Source of the DNA: Podarcis filfolensis
Taxonomy: Eukaryota
Assembly (NCBI GenBank): GCA_964270895.1
Contig: OZ185439.1
Reading direction: 5' to 3' (one strand)
Length of the DNA stretch: 64,000 bases
Below the pieces are notes generated by a model. The model saw only the letters and a list, made by a program, of their open reading frames with translations, was not told the DNA's origin and did not search any database. A program made the position numbers and the translations under genes. This document shows positions 12,400 to 23,734 of the stretch, one piece after another (positions within the stretch are counted from its first letter, which is position 1; the number at the start of each line of letters is the position of its first letter).

Positions 12400-12540
12400 A
12401 ATGGGTGAGGGACCAGTGAACCCTTCCAGACATTTTTGGACTACAACTCCCATAATTCCTGACCATCAGCTATGCTGGATGGGGCTGGTGGCAATTGGAG
12501 TCCAAGCAACATCTGGGGAATCACAGGTTCCCCATCCCTG
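12400..12540. mobile_element. URR1-like hAT MITE, 141 bp
   Basis: Perfect 8-bp TSD ctggaaac (12392-12399, 12541-12548); internal foldback ggactacaactccc/ggagtcc. Confidence 0.85.
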
Positions 12541-12836
12541 CTGGAAACCAATGTAGAGATCCTTTACAGTGTCTCTGTGAGTTTCCATTCAAAAAAAATG
12601 TCATGTCTTAGGCAAAAGAGAACCACATGATGGAAGTAAGGTGGTATATAAATGTGGGATATAAATGTACCCATTTAAAAACAACACCAACTCCTGAAAG
12701 TACATTGAAAAACAGAAGGTGGCCTAATATTAAGAGGAAGCAAAAATAATACAGAAAAATAAATAAACATACCATATTTTTCCATGTATAAGACTAGGTC
12801 CCCCCCCCTAAAAAGTAATGTCAAAAATTAGGGGGC

Positions 12837-13309
12837 TGATAGTAAATTTAAACACAACGTGTAGGTACGATAGTTTTAAGTAAATTTAAACACAACGTGT
12901 AAGTACGGTAGTTTTAAGGTAAAACGTTTAAGTACAGGAATAATGTAGTTTCAAATATGCAGTGATATAGTATAGAGGTACATGAAATACCAGTACACAA
13001 CAATTATTTTGTACAAGTCTCAATGGCAGTCAAAAGGAGTCCATATTATATAGAATCAGAATAAGGAATAAAGAATCAAATAGGGCCGAAAAGGAGTATC
13101 CGGAGTGTGAATCAGATGTACGACTCAGTAGTGGTGACCAGGACAGGGCCCTGTTTCGGAGTAAACGCCTTCTTCAGCTCGGTTTTTTGAGGACTATAAA
13201 TCTGTTGGAAGTCTGTATCACTTAATTCTTTTATGTTTCTTTTTCGACATGCGTCTTAGATAATGGAATGCTCCCAAGTTTTCTTGCGTTTTTCTGAGCA
13301 TAAGACTAG
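12837..13309 (-). mobile_element. Penelope-like element fragment / retrozyme-like insert
   Basis: Flanked by identical 50-bp direct repeats (12787-12836, 13310-13359); carries a PLE-type hammerhead motif; 38-bp tandem at its 3' end. No recognisable RT or GIY-YIG coding sequence. Confidence 0.65.
13137..13183 (-). ncRNA. Minimal type-I hammerhead ribozyme motif
   Basis: Minus RNA: accgag-CUGAAGA-aggcg uuua cucc-GAA-ACAGGGCCCUGU-C-cuggu. Core CUGANGA and GAAA, GUC cleavage triplet, 12-nt palindromic helix III; helices I and II imperfect. Confidence 0.7.
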
Positions 13310-13464
13310 TATAAGACTAGGTCCCCCCCCCTAAAAAGTAATGTCAAAAATTAGGGGGCGTCTTATACATGGCTACATCTCTCCCCCCCATTTTCTTAAA
13401 TCTGAGTCCCCAAAAATAGAGGGCATCTTATACATGGGGGCGTCTTATAGACGGAAAAATACGG

Positions 13465-13496
13465 TACATACATACATACATACATACATACATACA
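13465..13496 (+). repeat. (TACA)n microsatellite
   Basis: tacatacataca... starting at the TA TSD of the MITE. Confidence 0.95.
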
Positions 13497-13516
13497 TTAT
13501 TTATATATAGAGAGAG

Positions 13517-13618
13517 AGGTTCTGGCACCTCTCAGGTAGGCACCGATCCCATTATAAGAGAACAAGGGAGGTGTTCATGGTGAAATCCTGCACCTCTTTT
13601 TCTAGAAAAATAGCACTG
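13517..13618 (-). mobile_element. hAT MITE family C, truncated
   Basis: End cagtgctatttttctagaaaaagaggtgc shared with 19657-19792. Confidence 0.75.
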
Positions 13619-16600
13619 ATAATAGCTATAATTATAAAATAATGTGTACAATGGATTTTGGTTGATGACAGCCTTCCTCGGGGCATGTCAGACATGTTGC
13701 CTTGAAAGGGAAAATTTTGTGCCACCAGTGAAGGTTGTCACTGATGTGTTGAGCATTTTACTTTTTCATTGGGACTGTTAATAAAGGCATTCTTTCAGTG
13801 TGGTCTTGAGGGTTTGCTTCCTTTTGTTTTAGTGCTCTATTTTCAACTGCAACCCAACAGAATTAGGTGTGATTAAAACTTTTTAATTGGAGGGGAGGGT
13901 CTTACAGCGAGGGGGGATAGAGACAAAAATCTATTGGGGCTAGATGTGACCTGTGGGCTGGAGGTTAGCCACCCCTGCCCTAGGTAAAGTCTATTGATCT
14001 CCATAGGTTTAATTTTTTGGATTGTGCTCATAACCTTGCTTCACACTCACAGGGAAAAATTAGCAGCTACTGTATTATTTACAAGCTAATTTACTGCATA
14101 TTTTATTTCCCCTTATTTCTTATTCTGTGTGGATTTTCTCTATGGATTTAAAAAGAAAATTATCAAACAGATGTGCTTTAGAGATGTCATCCTCACGTGA
14201 AAAATTTCCAGGGCATAGACAAAGTGAAACGTGAGTTCTGGATTGTTAATTGATCGTGTTGCAAAGCAGCGAGATTTTATGAACAGTCTCTGGGGGAATC
14301 TGTCGAATATACTTCATTGTGCAATAAATTTACTAAACGATGAAAAGACCAATAGGCTAGGAAAGCTATTGGATGAAGTAGGAGTTATTTATTTATTTAT
14401 GTAAACTGTTTTGTGAGTTAGGAAGTTCATGAGGCAAAATGGCCAGTTGAAGTATGCACTGCTTTAAAATGAGGTGAATTAAATAGGGTTCCCCCAGCAT
14501 ACAATACCTAATTATGCAAAAGGACTTTAATATAACCATAACAATACAATGCACAACAATATACTACTTGTTAAAAAAGAAAATTCAGAAACACACTAAA
14601 TACACCCACTTAGCAAGCACCACCAGGGACTATTTAGCCAAGGAGGTATCTCAGCAATAAATCTAACAAACAACCATACAAAATATTCTGGAGAGGGAAT
14701 TTTTGTATCACACCTCTCTGACCAGCCACTTATTTTTTTACTTACTTATTTATTAAATTTTCACCCAAAGATCACAGGTTGGTTCGCAACATAAAAATAC
14801 GAAATGAGAACACAACATATATAATAAAAAAACCAAACAAATTGCCCACAATAACATAATGCAAGAAGGGGCCCCACATATCTGCAAACTTGTCTCTCCT
14901 GCGTTCATCCCTCATTAGCTTATGTCTTTGTGTAAGTTTTTCAACCAGGGCAAGAGGCCAGATTTTGGACTACCGTCCCTGAACTGCATTTAATACTTCC
15001 AGTGGTGGCCTATCTCTAGACGAGCAAGAGCTATTGAATGCAAACTTAGGTCTTTGTACAATAAGCCATAGTGAAGCAATAAACATAGTAATTGTTGTAT
15101 TTTTTTTATTAGGGCTGGATGTTAAAATGTTTTTTAAAAAAATATTCTTACTTTCATGACGAGGTTTTTGAATTAGTTGGCAGGTTCATTAGCTTGCCCT
15201 TCGCTAAAATTCACTAGCCAGACTAAGGAATCACGACAGTTCACTCTTTCCCCCATGCATTATGTTTTAGGGAAGAAACTTGCTCTATCAACTTAAATGT
15301 TAGGGTCCCCCCTTCCCTGCAAGCAATATGCTTAGGATGTGTTCTGAGCAAAATGGTGAGTGAAGCAGAAGAAAGCTCTTTCTGTGACAGTTTATTTGTT
15401 CATAAATCTTTTTTCTATTAAGCAAAAGCAGAGAAATCCTCCGAACCATAATTATTTACCTTCTCCTGGAAATTGGGGAATCGCAAAGTGTACTTTACAC
15501 ATCTTTGAGCCCCTGAAAAACATCAGAAGAAATTCAGAACAGGCCCAGGGGGCAAACTCCAAGAGGCAACGTTTAGAAGATTTTAAACCTCTGAACCTCA
15601 CTCTGTGGGTATGTGTGTCTGTGTGTGTGTGGACCTTGCTTTTGAAGTCTGATCTGCTGTGGAAGGTCAAAGCCCTGAGAATCACAGCTATATTTTGCAT
15701 TCGTTCCATTCCTCACAGGTCATAGTCACTTCACTTTGGAATACTATGCCTGACGATTACAGGGCTTGACAATATGTGACCTTCAAACCCAGCTTGGAAA
15801 TACATACTTTTAATGGCATTTCCCATTGCTAGACAGGCATAACTCTGGTTGGCTGCTAGCTTATCTCTAGGAGAGAGTGCTTCAGTTAGAATATCTATAA
15901 TCTCAGGACTTATTTTTCGATCTATGAACTGAGCATCAGAATGTAAAAAATAAAATTAAAAATTAGAGCCTCTCGTAGATGCTTAATTCATCTACCTTTT
16001 CTCACAGGAAACATTTAATTTAGCAGACATTTTTAGACTGTGGTGTGTGTTTTGTGCACAATGTAAATGTTTTAAAAAGGGAAGGAAAGAACCCCACACC
16101 CCAGTGTTTTTAATAAGATGTGTAGATCTGAAACTGCTGGGAAAATGGGTCTGATATCCAGATAGAAAACAGCAGGACCACCAATAACTCTGCAGAGTAC
16201 TGACGGGACATCACAGCATGATTTAAAAATCTATGGAGGCCAAGAACTATGATTTGACATGTGTCTCATTACATATATCACAGAAAGAACCACTAGAGCT
16301 ACTGTGACTGCTGGGGGGGGGAAGCTATTAATTGTCCATTCCACACTGGTTTCCAGGTTCAAATAGAATGTCTTTAACTACTTCTGTTCTTTATTGCTTG
16401 GTTCATTTCCCATGCAATAAATCTGACAGGAGAGTTGCTCAGCAAAGGTTTGGAAGAAGACATGGATGCTTTACAACAGGAACATTAAACTATATCTCAT
16501 CTTCAAATTCAAGTACTAGTCTACAAGTGTTCGTGTCATAACCATTTTTTTTTTTTTTACTATTGGGACATGCAATTTGCATCTTAAATTTTTTCTCCTT

Positions 16601-16777
16601 AACCCATGGTTGGGAGATGAAATACAACCACATTATATCCTCCCCTCCTCAGCCAATACATTTTGCTTCTGTTGGAGGTTTGTGTGTGGTGGTGGGAAAT
16701 CTGAATTGTTCCATAAATTAAAATGTTGGAAATGTATTCTAAAAAGGGTGAAGATATACTTTCCCCTCCCCTTTTAG

Positions 16778-16804
16778 TAAAGAAGTGTTTCATCTAATAC
16801 AAAG
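16778..16804 (+). other. Candidate 27-nt micro-exon
   Basis: ctttcccctccccttttag | TAAAGAAGTGTTTCATCTAATACAAAG | gtaagg; only the phase 2-2 frame is open (KEVFHLIQ). Splice signals only. Confidence 0.3.
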
Positions 16805-17055
16805 GTAAGGAACCTGTTAAGCCCAAGGGCTCCACTCCATCATGAGCAACCATCTGGGAGGGACGGCATGCCACTGGTGGGCGGGGACAGAGACAAAAGA
16901 AGGTGGAACAACAGGTGTGACTCTTACCTTTTCACCAGAGGCTGCCTTCAGTTTTTATGGAGACATTTTTCCATCCAAGCAAGGAAAAGGCATTAGTAGA
17001 GCTCAAGAATACACAAAAACACCTGAGGAGTGTGTGGAGCAGGGTGTCTGAGAGG

Positions 17056-17806
17056 CAGTCCTTTTTTTTCTAAACAAAATGTTTAGGGGTACTCTCATTT
17101 TGACTCAAGAAAACCACCATTTTTTAGTTCAAATTGGGGAAAACAATACAGTAAATGGACAAAAGTACAAAGAACACGCATTACCTCATATTACACAGCT
17201 GACAGCTCATAGCAGCTTCCACACATCCACATTCCACACTGCTTCACACATTAAACGCTCACTTCCGTCTGAGACTCAGGAAACACAAGGAAAGGAAATG
17301 AAGCCACCATCAGAAGAAGAAGAGGAAGAAGAGTTTGGATTTGATATCCTGCCTTCCACTCCCTTTAAGGAGTCTCAAAGCGGCTAACATTCTCCTTTCC
17401 CTTCCTTCCCCACAACAAACACTCTGTGAGGTGAGTGGGGCTGAGAGACTTCAGAGAAGTGTGACTAGCCTAAGGTCACCCAGCAGCTGCATGTGGAGGA
17501 GCGGAGACGCGAACCCGGTTCCCCAGATTACGTGACTACCGCTCTTAACCACTACACCACACTGGCTCTTATCAGGGGTGGTAACAACGAAACTAGATTC
17601 CAACTCTTACTTCACACATTAAACGCCCGCTTCTGTCTGAGACTCAGGAAACACCGTGACAGGAAATGAGGCTGCCATCGGGGGTAGCAACGGAACTGAC
17701 AATTCACCATGCTAGAGAAGAAACTAAAAAAGTTTCTTCTCCCGTTAGATTCACAAAATGTTTAGGGCTGCACATACCCCTGTGTCCCCCCAGAAAAAAA
17801 ACACTG
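17056..17806 (+). mobile_element. hAT non-autonomous element (family D), ~490 bp plus nested SINE
   Basis: Ends cagtcctttttttt...aaaaaaaacactg; 8-bp TSD ctgagagg/ctgagaag; same ends as 30354-30508. Confidence 0.75.
17314..17570 (-). mobile_element. Squam3-like tRNA-derived SINE, full length
   Basis: Minus gagccagtgtggtgtagtggttaagagc...gggttcgcgtc...ccgctttgagactcc...(CTT)n; 5-bp TSD atcag. Confidence 0.9.
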
Positions 17807-18943
17807 CTGAGAAGTATGGCCTAAGGAGGGTCTGTTTTGGGGCAGAGTCACAAGTGCCAGATAGAAAGATGTGGAGGGCCACATTCAGCTCCCAGGCCTG
17901 AGGTTTCTCTACCCCTAATCTAATATGAAGAGTAAACTAGTGTTAGAGTGGTGGACGTGGAAATAGAAAATCCAGACTCAGTCATGAAACTTATGACTGG
18001 AAGCTGGTATAAGATGGCGCCCCCTCCCAGAGCCACATACAGAGGCCAGCCAGACTGGCTTCCTTCAGCACTGGAAAGAGGACAGCATTCTCCACCACAT
18101 CTGAAGCAACAGACTAGCTTAGGGGGCTCAGAAAAGGCTGTACATGGCACACACACCATTGCCCCTATTTCCCATCAGTGAGCACCTGCCACCCGAGGCA
18201 GATGCCACAGTTTGCACAATACTAGGGACAGAAAAACACTCTCTCTACAAAAAAAAGCACCACAGTCACTAGGAATAAAGCTTCGCTGGGCATTCAAATA
18301 GTTTTCAAGTAGTTGTATTTTTCAATAGATGCTTCTGCTGGCTGAGGAAGGAAAGTGGGAATACTTTGACTATCTATGCTGTGTGTTTATCAAGTGTGAA
18401 GGGAACCCAAACCTCTTCCCACAAGTTAATGTTTTTCAGGTTAATATAGTTGCAATTGCTGGATGTGCTCTCATGTAAAAACATTTCCCCAATATGAATC
18501 TATCTACCACCCTGCATATGAAAAATGGCATTCCTCCTCCCATCAAAAAAGGGATAGATTCAATCTATTATCCTCAGGAGTCATTACGGAGCTAATACCT
18601 GTGATTGTGACATGTGAGTTCATAAGGTTTGATAAACTCTTCTGAGATGCATCTCCTCTTGAAACATATTGCAGTTTGTGGAAAGATCTTATTATTCTCA
18701 AGGAGCACTTCAGGCTTCAGAGAAGTAATCCTATGTAGATAAAAGGCTGAGCCTCTCTTACCAATTATTTCAAGGGTTGACTGTCATTTGTTCCATAACC
18801 AGGAGGCGGCAAGAATTCTAGTGATGTAGTTTATGATGTCACATTTGCTATAATCCTGCCTCTGAAATAAACCACTATAAAAGGGAATGAAAACGTGATA
18901 ACTGAAAATGTCAATTTATTAGCAATATGCTATGTAAATGATA

Positions 18944-19158
18944 GGGACGCGGGTGGTGCTGTGGGTTAAACCACAGAGCCTAGGACTTGCTGACCTGCGG
19001 TTCCGTGCACTGCTCTGGTTCACCAGAAGCAGCTTAGTCATGCTGGCCACATGACCCAGAAGCTGTATGTCGGCTCCCTCGGCCAATAAAGCGAGATGAG
19101 CGCCGCAACCCCAGAGTCGGTCACAACTGGGCCTAATGGTCAGGGGTCCCTTTACCTT
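18944..19158 (+). mobile_element. Sauria SINE with a large internal deletion
   Basis: Head gggacgcgggtggtgctgtgggttaaaccacagagcc; tail ccccagagtcgg...tttaccttta; 13-bp TSD tatgtaaatgata/tatgtacatgata. Confidence 0.9.
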
Positions 19159-19563
19159 TATGTACATGATATTTCAGAATATTTATTTATTTATGTTTAT
19201 TTTAAAAAAATCTGTCCTGTGTATTTCTCCAAAGAGAGTCTAAGCGACTAACAAACTGTAAGAAAAACAGAATGAAAGAAACAAAATTATCTAAACACCT
19301 TCATACATTCAGATTAATAAATTAACAATATCCGACCCATTGAAGAAATCCCAGCAGCACAAAAATAACATAGAGCTGAGTCAGCAAAAAATACAGTTAA
19401 TCAAATATCTTTTCACTATTTATTTCTTAAAACTGAAGAAGAAGATGACGTAAACAACCTATGTTCTTCATTCAGTCACAGTCACTGTCGCAGTCATTTT
19501 TTAAAAAGAAAAATCCATTGATTGATTTGTACATCTTACCTACTTTTTGCAGTTGTATTCATT

Positions 19564-19565
<2 letters not shown>

Positions 19566-19603
<38 letters not shown>
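19566..19603 (+). repeat. (TA)n microsatellite
   Basis: Uninterrupted TA run. Confidence 0.97.
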
Positions 19604-19606
<3 letters not shown>

Positions 19607-19656
19607 TTTTCAACAATGGTCTGCAGCAGAATAGCAATCGTGCTATTAGGCAGGTA

Positions 19657-19792
19657 CAGTGCTATTTTTCTAGAAAAAGAGGTGCCAGAACTCATGATGA
19701 ACACCTCCCTTATTCTCTTAAAATGGCAATGACAGCCACCTGAGAGGTGACATAACTGAGTTCCTGTGAGTTCCCCCTGAAAAACAGCCCTG
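19657..19792 (+). mobile_element. hAT MITE family C, 136 bp
   Basis: Termini cagtgctattttt / aaaaacagccctg; 8-bp TSD ggcaggta/ggtaggta. Confidence 0.8.
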
Positions 19793-20072
19793 GGTAGGTA
19801 CCACAACAGAAATGGTCCCACCCCCACACTTTCCGAGGATGAGGGATTTGGAGCACATGACAATCAGAGTTTGCAGTGAGGAGCATATGGAAGAAGGGAA
19901 CCCATTCTAAAAATATAGGCTGAACAACATTGTTTCTTGATTCACATTTGTGCAAATAAAAGCAACAATTGACTACTACGGAATCAGCCTTCTGCCCTTC
20001 AGTTGTTTCTGGACTACAACTCCCATCAGTCCAGCCAGCCCAGTCATTGGTTAGGGGTGATGGACGTTGTAG

Positions 20073-20236
20073 TCATAGAATCATAAAACTGTAGAGTTGG
20101 AAGGGACCCCAAAGGTTCAGCCCTATGCGATGCAGGAATATCAGCTAGAACATCCATGACAGTTGGCCATCCAACCTCTGCTTAAAAACCTTAAAAGCCT
20201 CCAAGGAAGGAGAGTCCACAACCTCCTGAGGGAGAC
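20073..20236 (-). mobile_element. CR1 LINE 3' fragment
   Basis: catagaatcata...gagttggaagggacccc...ggaaggagagtccacaacctcc is the reverse complement of the CR1 3' end. Confidence 0.8.
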
Positions 20237-20825
20237 CACTGCCAGGTACCAGGATGAGGAAGGCTGGTATAAAACATGTTTACTGCAAACAGGCAATCTG
20301 CAACACTCACTTTTCAGAATTGTCCTCTTTGGTCACTGTAGAACATGAGTACACATACAGTTGTTTGCAGAACTTTTCCGAGGTTCATTGCTACAGAAAG
20401 AGAGGTGCAAAGGTTCTTAAGGAACTTGTTAACAAGCTTGTTTGGACAACAGAAGGGAAACAGATCACAAGGCTGTATACAGCAATCATTTTAAGTTGGC
20501 CAGAGTCACTCCACTTACTTCTTAGGGAGTTTGTGTAATGGATACATGTCTGAACTCTCAAGTGGAATTTCTTAACAGAACTCTGTTGACAGGCTGTGAA
20601 AAATATGAAACTGAACTTCCATTAAGCACTTAACTTCAAAGGAGAACAGAAATGTTGCTAAAGCTTTCACACAAAGCAGAATGTATTTTATCTATTCCTG
20701 AAAGGTGTGGACATTGTTGTAAGTCACTGAAGGACTGTGATCCGATATTTGTTGAGAGTAAAAGATGTCGAGCTTTATGCCTCCTGGGTGTCTTCGCCAT
20801 CAACATACCCACCAGCGTAACTCAC

Positions 20826-20907
20826 CGTCCTGAAGGCTTCTCGCTTATCGTCTTAGAAGTGTGAATTAGAAGCAGGCTGAAGATGAGTCTACTCAGCAGC
20901 CCCAAAA
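20826..20907 (-). other. Candidate 82-nt exon
   Basis: gtccttcatgcctttccag | ... | gtgagt; only the phase-1 frame is open (LGLLSRLIFSLLLIHTSKTISEKPSG). Confidence 0.3.
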
Positions 20908-21119
20908 CTGGAAAGGCATGAAGGACAGTGATTCTTAGAAGACAGATTCTGACACTCAAAGAAAGAGTCCATTTATTTCATTTAAGTTTTAATCTTGCAG
21001 CTGTTCAAAGGAGTAAAGTAGATCGTCCCCCAGGATAACCTGAACAAACTGCACAGTCAAGAAAAGTACTTGGCCCCTTTGTACCAGAGTTTCTTGTAGA
21101 ATGATGGCAAATTTCTTAC

Positions 21120-21146
21120 CAAGGCTGCAATCCAGTGCCCTCTTTC
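21120..21146 (-). other. Candidate 27-nt exon
   Basis: ttcatttcttctcccag | GAAAGAGGGCACTGGATTGCAGCCTTG | gtaaga. Confidence 0.35.
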
Positions 21147-23734
21147 CTGGGAGAAGAAATGAACAAAGGTGTCGGTTTCGGTTTCTCATTTTTCTCAGTT
21201 CGCCCCATTGACTCACCAGTTTGAGATTTTGTTTCTTTCGTCCTCTCCCTTTAGATCTTATTTTAAATTTCAAATATATGCATAACAGTGATTTTTTTGT
21301 TCTTTATATATATAACAAAAACAAAGTAGTACCAAAGCATTATAATTAATATGTTTCAAGCAAAAAAATATGGTCCATCTGATAGTTCATTCTTCCCCCT
21401 GAGTCCCGTTAGGGAAAAGTCGGTGTATATCTAAAGAAATAATACTAATACTAATACTTTTTTTTTTAAGTACAAGTTGTAACCTAGAAAGACAGTTATG
21501 TACATTTATTATCTTAAAGTGTTGTTACTTATCCAGTAAAAATTAACCATTTACTCATCTAATTTTGTACAAGCAACAACCAATTTGCACACATTCAAAG
21601 CATGCGTGACCATACATGTGCTCAACGCCACAAACACAAAAGTGGCTGGGAAAGGGGCGTAATGGGGGTAGGGTGGGGCAGGGTGATACAGGGTGAAATG
21701 GGACAAGGTGGGCTTATAGGCACCCCTTTACAGCTCAATGAAAACTGAGTCTGCTCAGTGGCCAGGGAATGGTGTCTGACTATAAAGGGCAGGGTGTATG
21801 TGTGAAAAAATTTAAGGGGAAGGCAAATGGAATGGAGTAACCTGAAGAGAAACATTTCACACTGCAGCTTTTTGTTGCAGACTCCTCTTTTAATAACACA
21901 ATAATAAGCCAGATATCAAGTGTTTGAGAAGTCTACTTTAAAGGAAGTCAATTTGCATGAATTATAAGTAAAGGATTTTCATGGTGATTGTGCTTTGATC
22001 CTAATAACGTTAAATGTTGAGAGAGAGAAAGCAGTTTCTGTATTCAAATCACATTCTCCACAGCTTACCATAACCTTAGAAAATGTTAGGATCTGCTGAT
22101 TGTATCTAATCTATTAATCTTCAACTCGCTAGAAGATTTTTAAATATAAAGAACCACATCTTTCATGTTCACCATCATAAGATGGTGAACTCTTGCTCCC
22201 AAGAACTCTTGTTCCTCAGAAATATCTCATGAGGCACTTCAGAGAGGAAATAAACAGTCACCTGCCTGCTAACCACTAGGACAAGTCACAGTTCATAAGA
22301 CTGTTTCTGAAGAGCAGATTTCTAAAACAGGGGGCCGGGCAATAGGAATAAAGCCAGCACATCTCCTCTCTCTCCAAGCTATTGGTGGCAAGGTAGCAGA
22401 TCATGAGGGACGATGGCAATATATTGATTAAGAAATTTATATCCCTCCTTTCAGGACAGATGCTCTCACAAAACAGAGCACAGAACACAAACACCCCAAC
22501 TACAATTTAAAATATATAATTGCATGCTTTAAAATGCAGTAAAAATACCAGCAAGATACAGCAACTGATGCGAATTAATAAAAAGCCGTGCTTGAGAGTT
22601 CTGCCCAGCACTGTTTACCATCCTATTTCCCCTCACATGCCTGAAGGAGATTCAGTGCTGTTCACCTATACAGGAAATTCAATTCCCTGCCAGGCACCTT
22701 TCCTATTCATTGACTCCTTCAGTTTCTCTCTTCTCAACCAGCTAAGTCCTGGCAAAGGATGAGCTGCCTGTGCTTAAGCTGCCTTTGTACTTAAGCAAAT
22801 TCAAAGCATGAGTCACATACCGTGAGTCAGCTAAATGCCTTCCTGCAAAGCGGGGCGGAGAGCTGCAAAACAGAAGGCTTTCACCTGACCTTTACTGGAG
22901 TCATTTTTTAAAGTGCTATTTTGTCCTTGATTTGGTGATGTGCTGAAGATAATTGCTTTTTTTTTTCCTCCCAGCGGAAGAAATGCCCGTTTTTTTCGAG
23001 TGGGAGAAATGACTGTTTTCATTGGTGTTAAAGGAGTGCAAACCTGGTTGCCTGATTCAGGAATTCCATCAGAGACACAGCTGCCCTCCGTAAAGACTAC
23101 CAGAGAAATTGTGACTAAAGCACAGGCAGGGAAGGGGCAGCATTTACTGGGCTGTTTGAATTCCACGTGCAACACCTGCTTTTATTAGTTTACAAGGGAG
23201 TCGGTGGAGAAACAACCCATCAGTGTTACAGGATACCTATTAAAGTATCCTATATTAGATAAAGTGAAACAATGCACCAGAACTATGAACGTTTTCTCAC
23301 GATAATCTGGTTTACTCCGCATGGAATCAAACAGTCCAGAAATCTCATGAAAACAATATCTGTACTTTAGCTCCTGTAAGCACATTACTAGAAATAGATT
23401 TTCTGCAGTTCCCCCCTTAACACAGCTGTTTAAACCATAGGCTTAAATAAGATTATGCTGTTTGCTTATTAAACCTGAAAGGAAAGCCTATTTCAGTCAT
23501 CGGTAGGCTCCAAAGGAAGAGTGAGGGAGGATCGTCTGCCAAACACGTCTTTATCTTAATACAATGGAAACTGCCCACATTACCGGAATGATCTCAGAAC
23601 AAAATGAGTACCAAAGCAACACTGAAATTATTTGCCGTAGTGGCTTTCTATGGAAAAATACAATTTAGTCTCCCTCTTTCTCTGACTTATTGTAACTGTG
23701 GAATTTATCTGTCAGTGAATTATGCCACATTAAT

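Larger units (their letters stand above)
12772..13464. mobile_element. Tc1/mariner MITE (family B) carrying an internal insertion
   Basis: 23-bp TIR ccatatttttccatgtataagac vs reverse complement ccgtatttttccgtctataagac; TA TSD. Confidence 0.85.

Noticed and set aside
16429-16487. Coding-looking ELLSKGLEEDMDALQQEH-stop
   Set aside because: Weak acceptor with no pyrimidine tract, no linked exon, no recognised homologue.
17242-17705. Spaced direct repeats as a CRISPR-like array
   Set aside because: Eukaryotic DNA, only two ~106-bp units inside a hAT element, and the apparent spacer is a SINE.
21120-21146. ERGHWIAAL as a PH-domain C-terminal helix
   Set aside because: That frame hits a stop in the next candidate exon and no other PH-domain exons are visible; nine residues are not enough.
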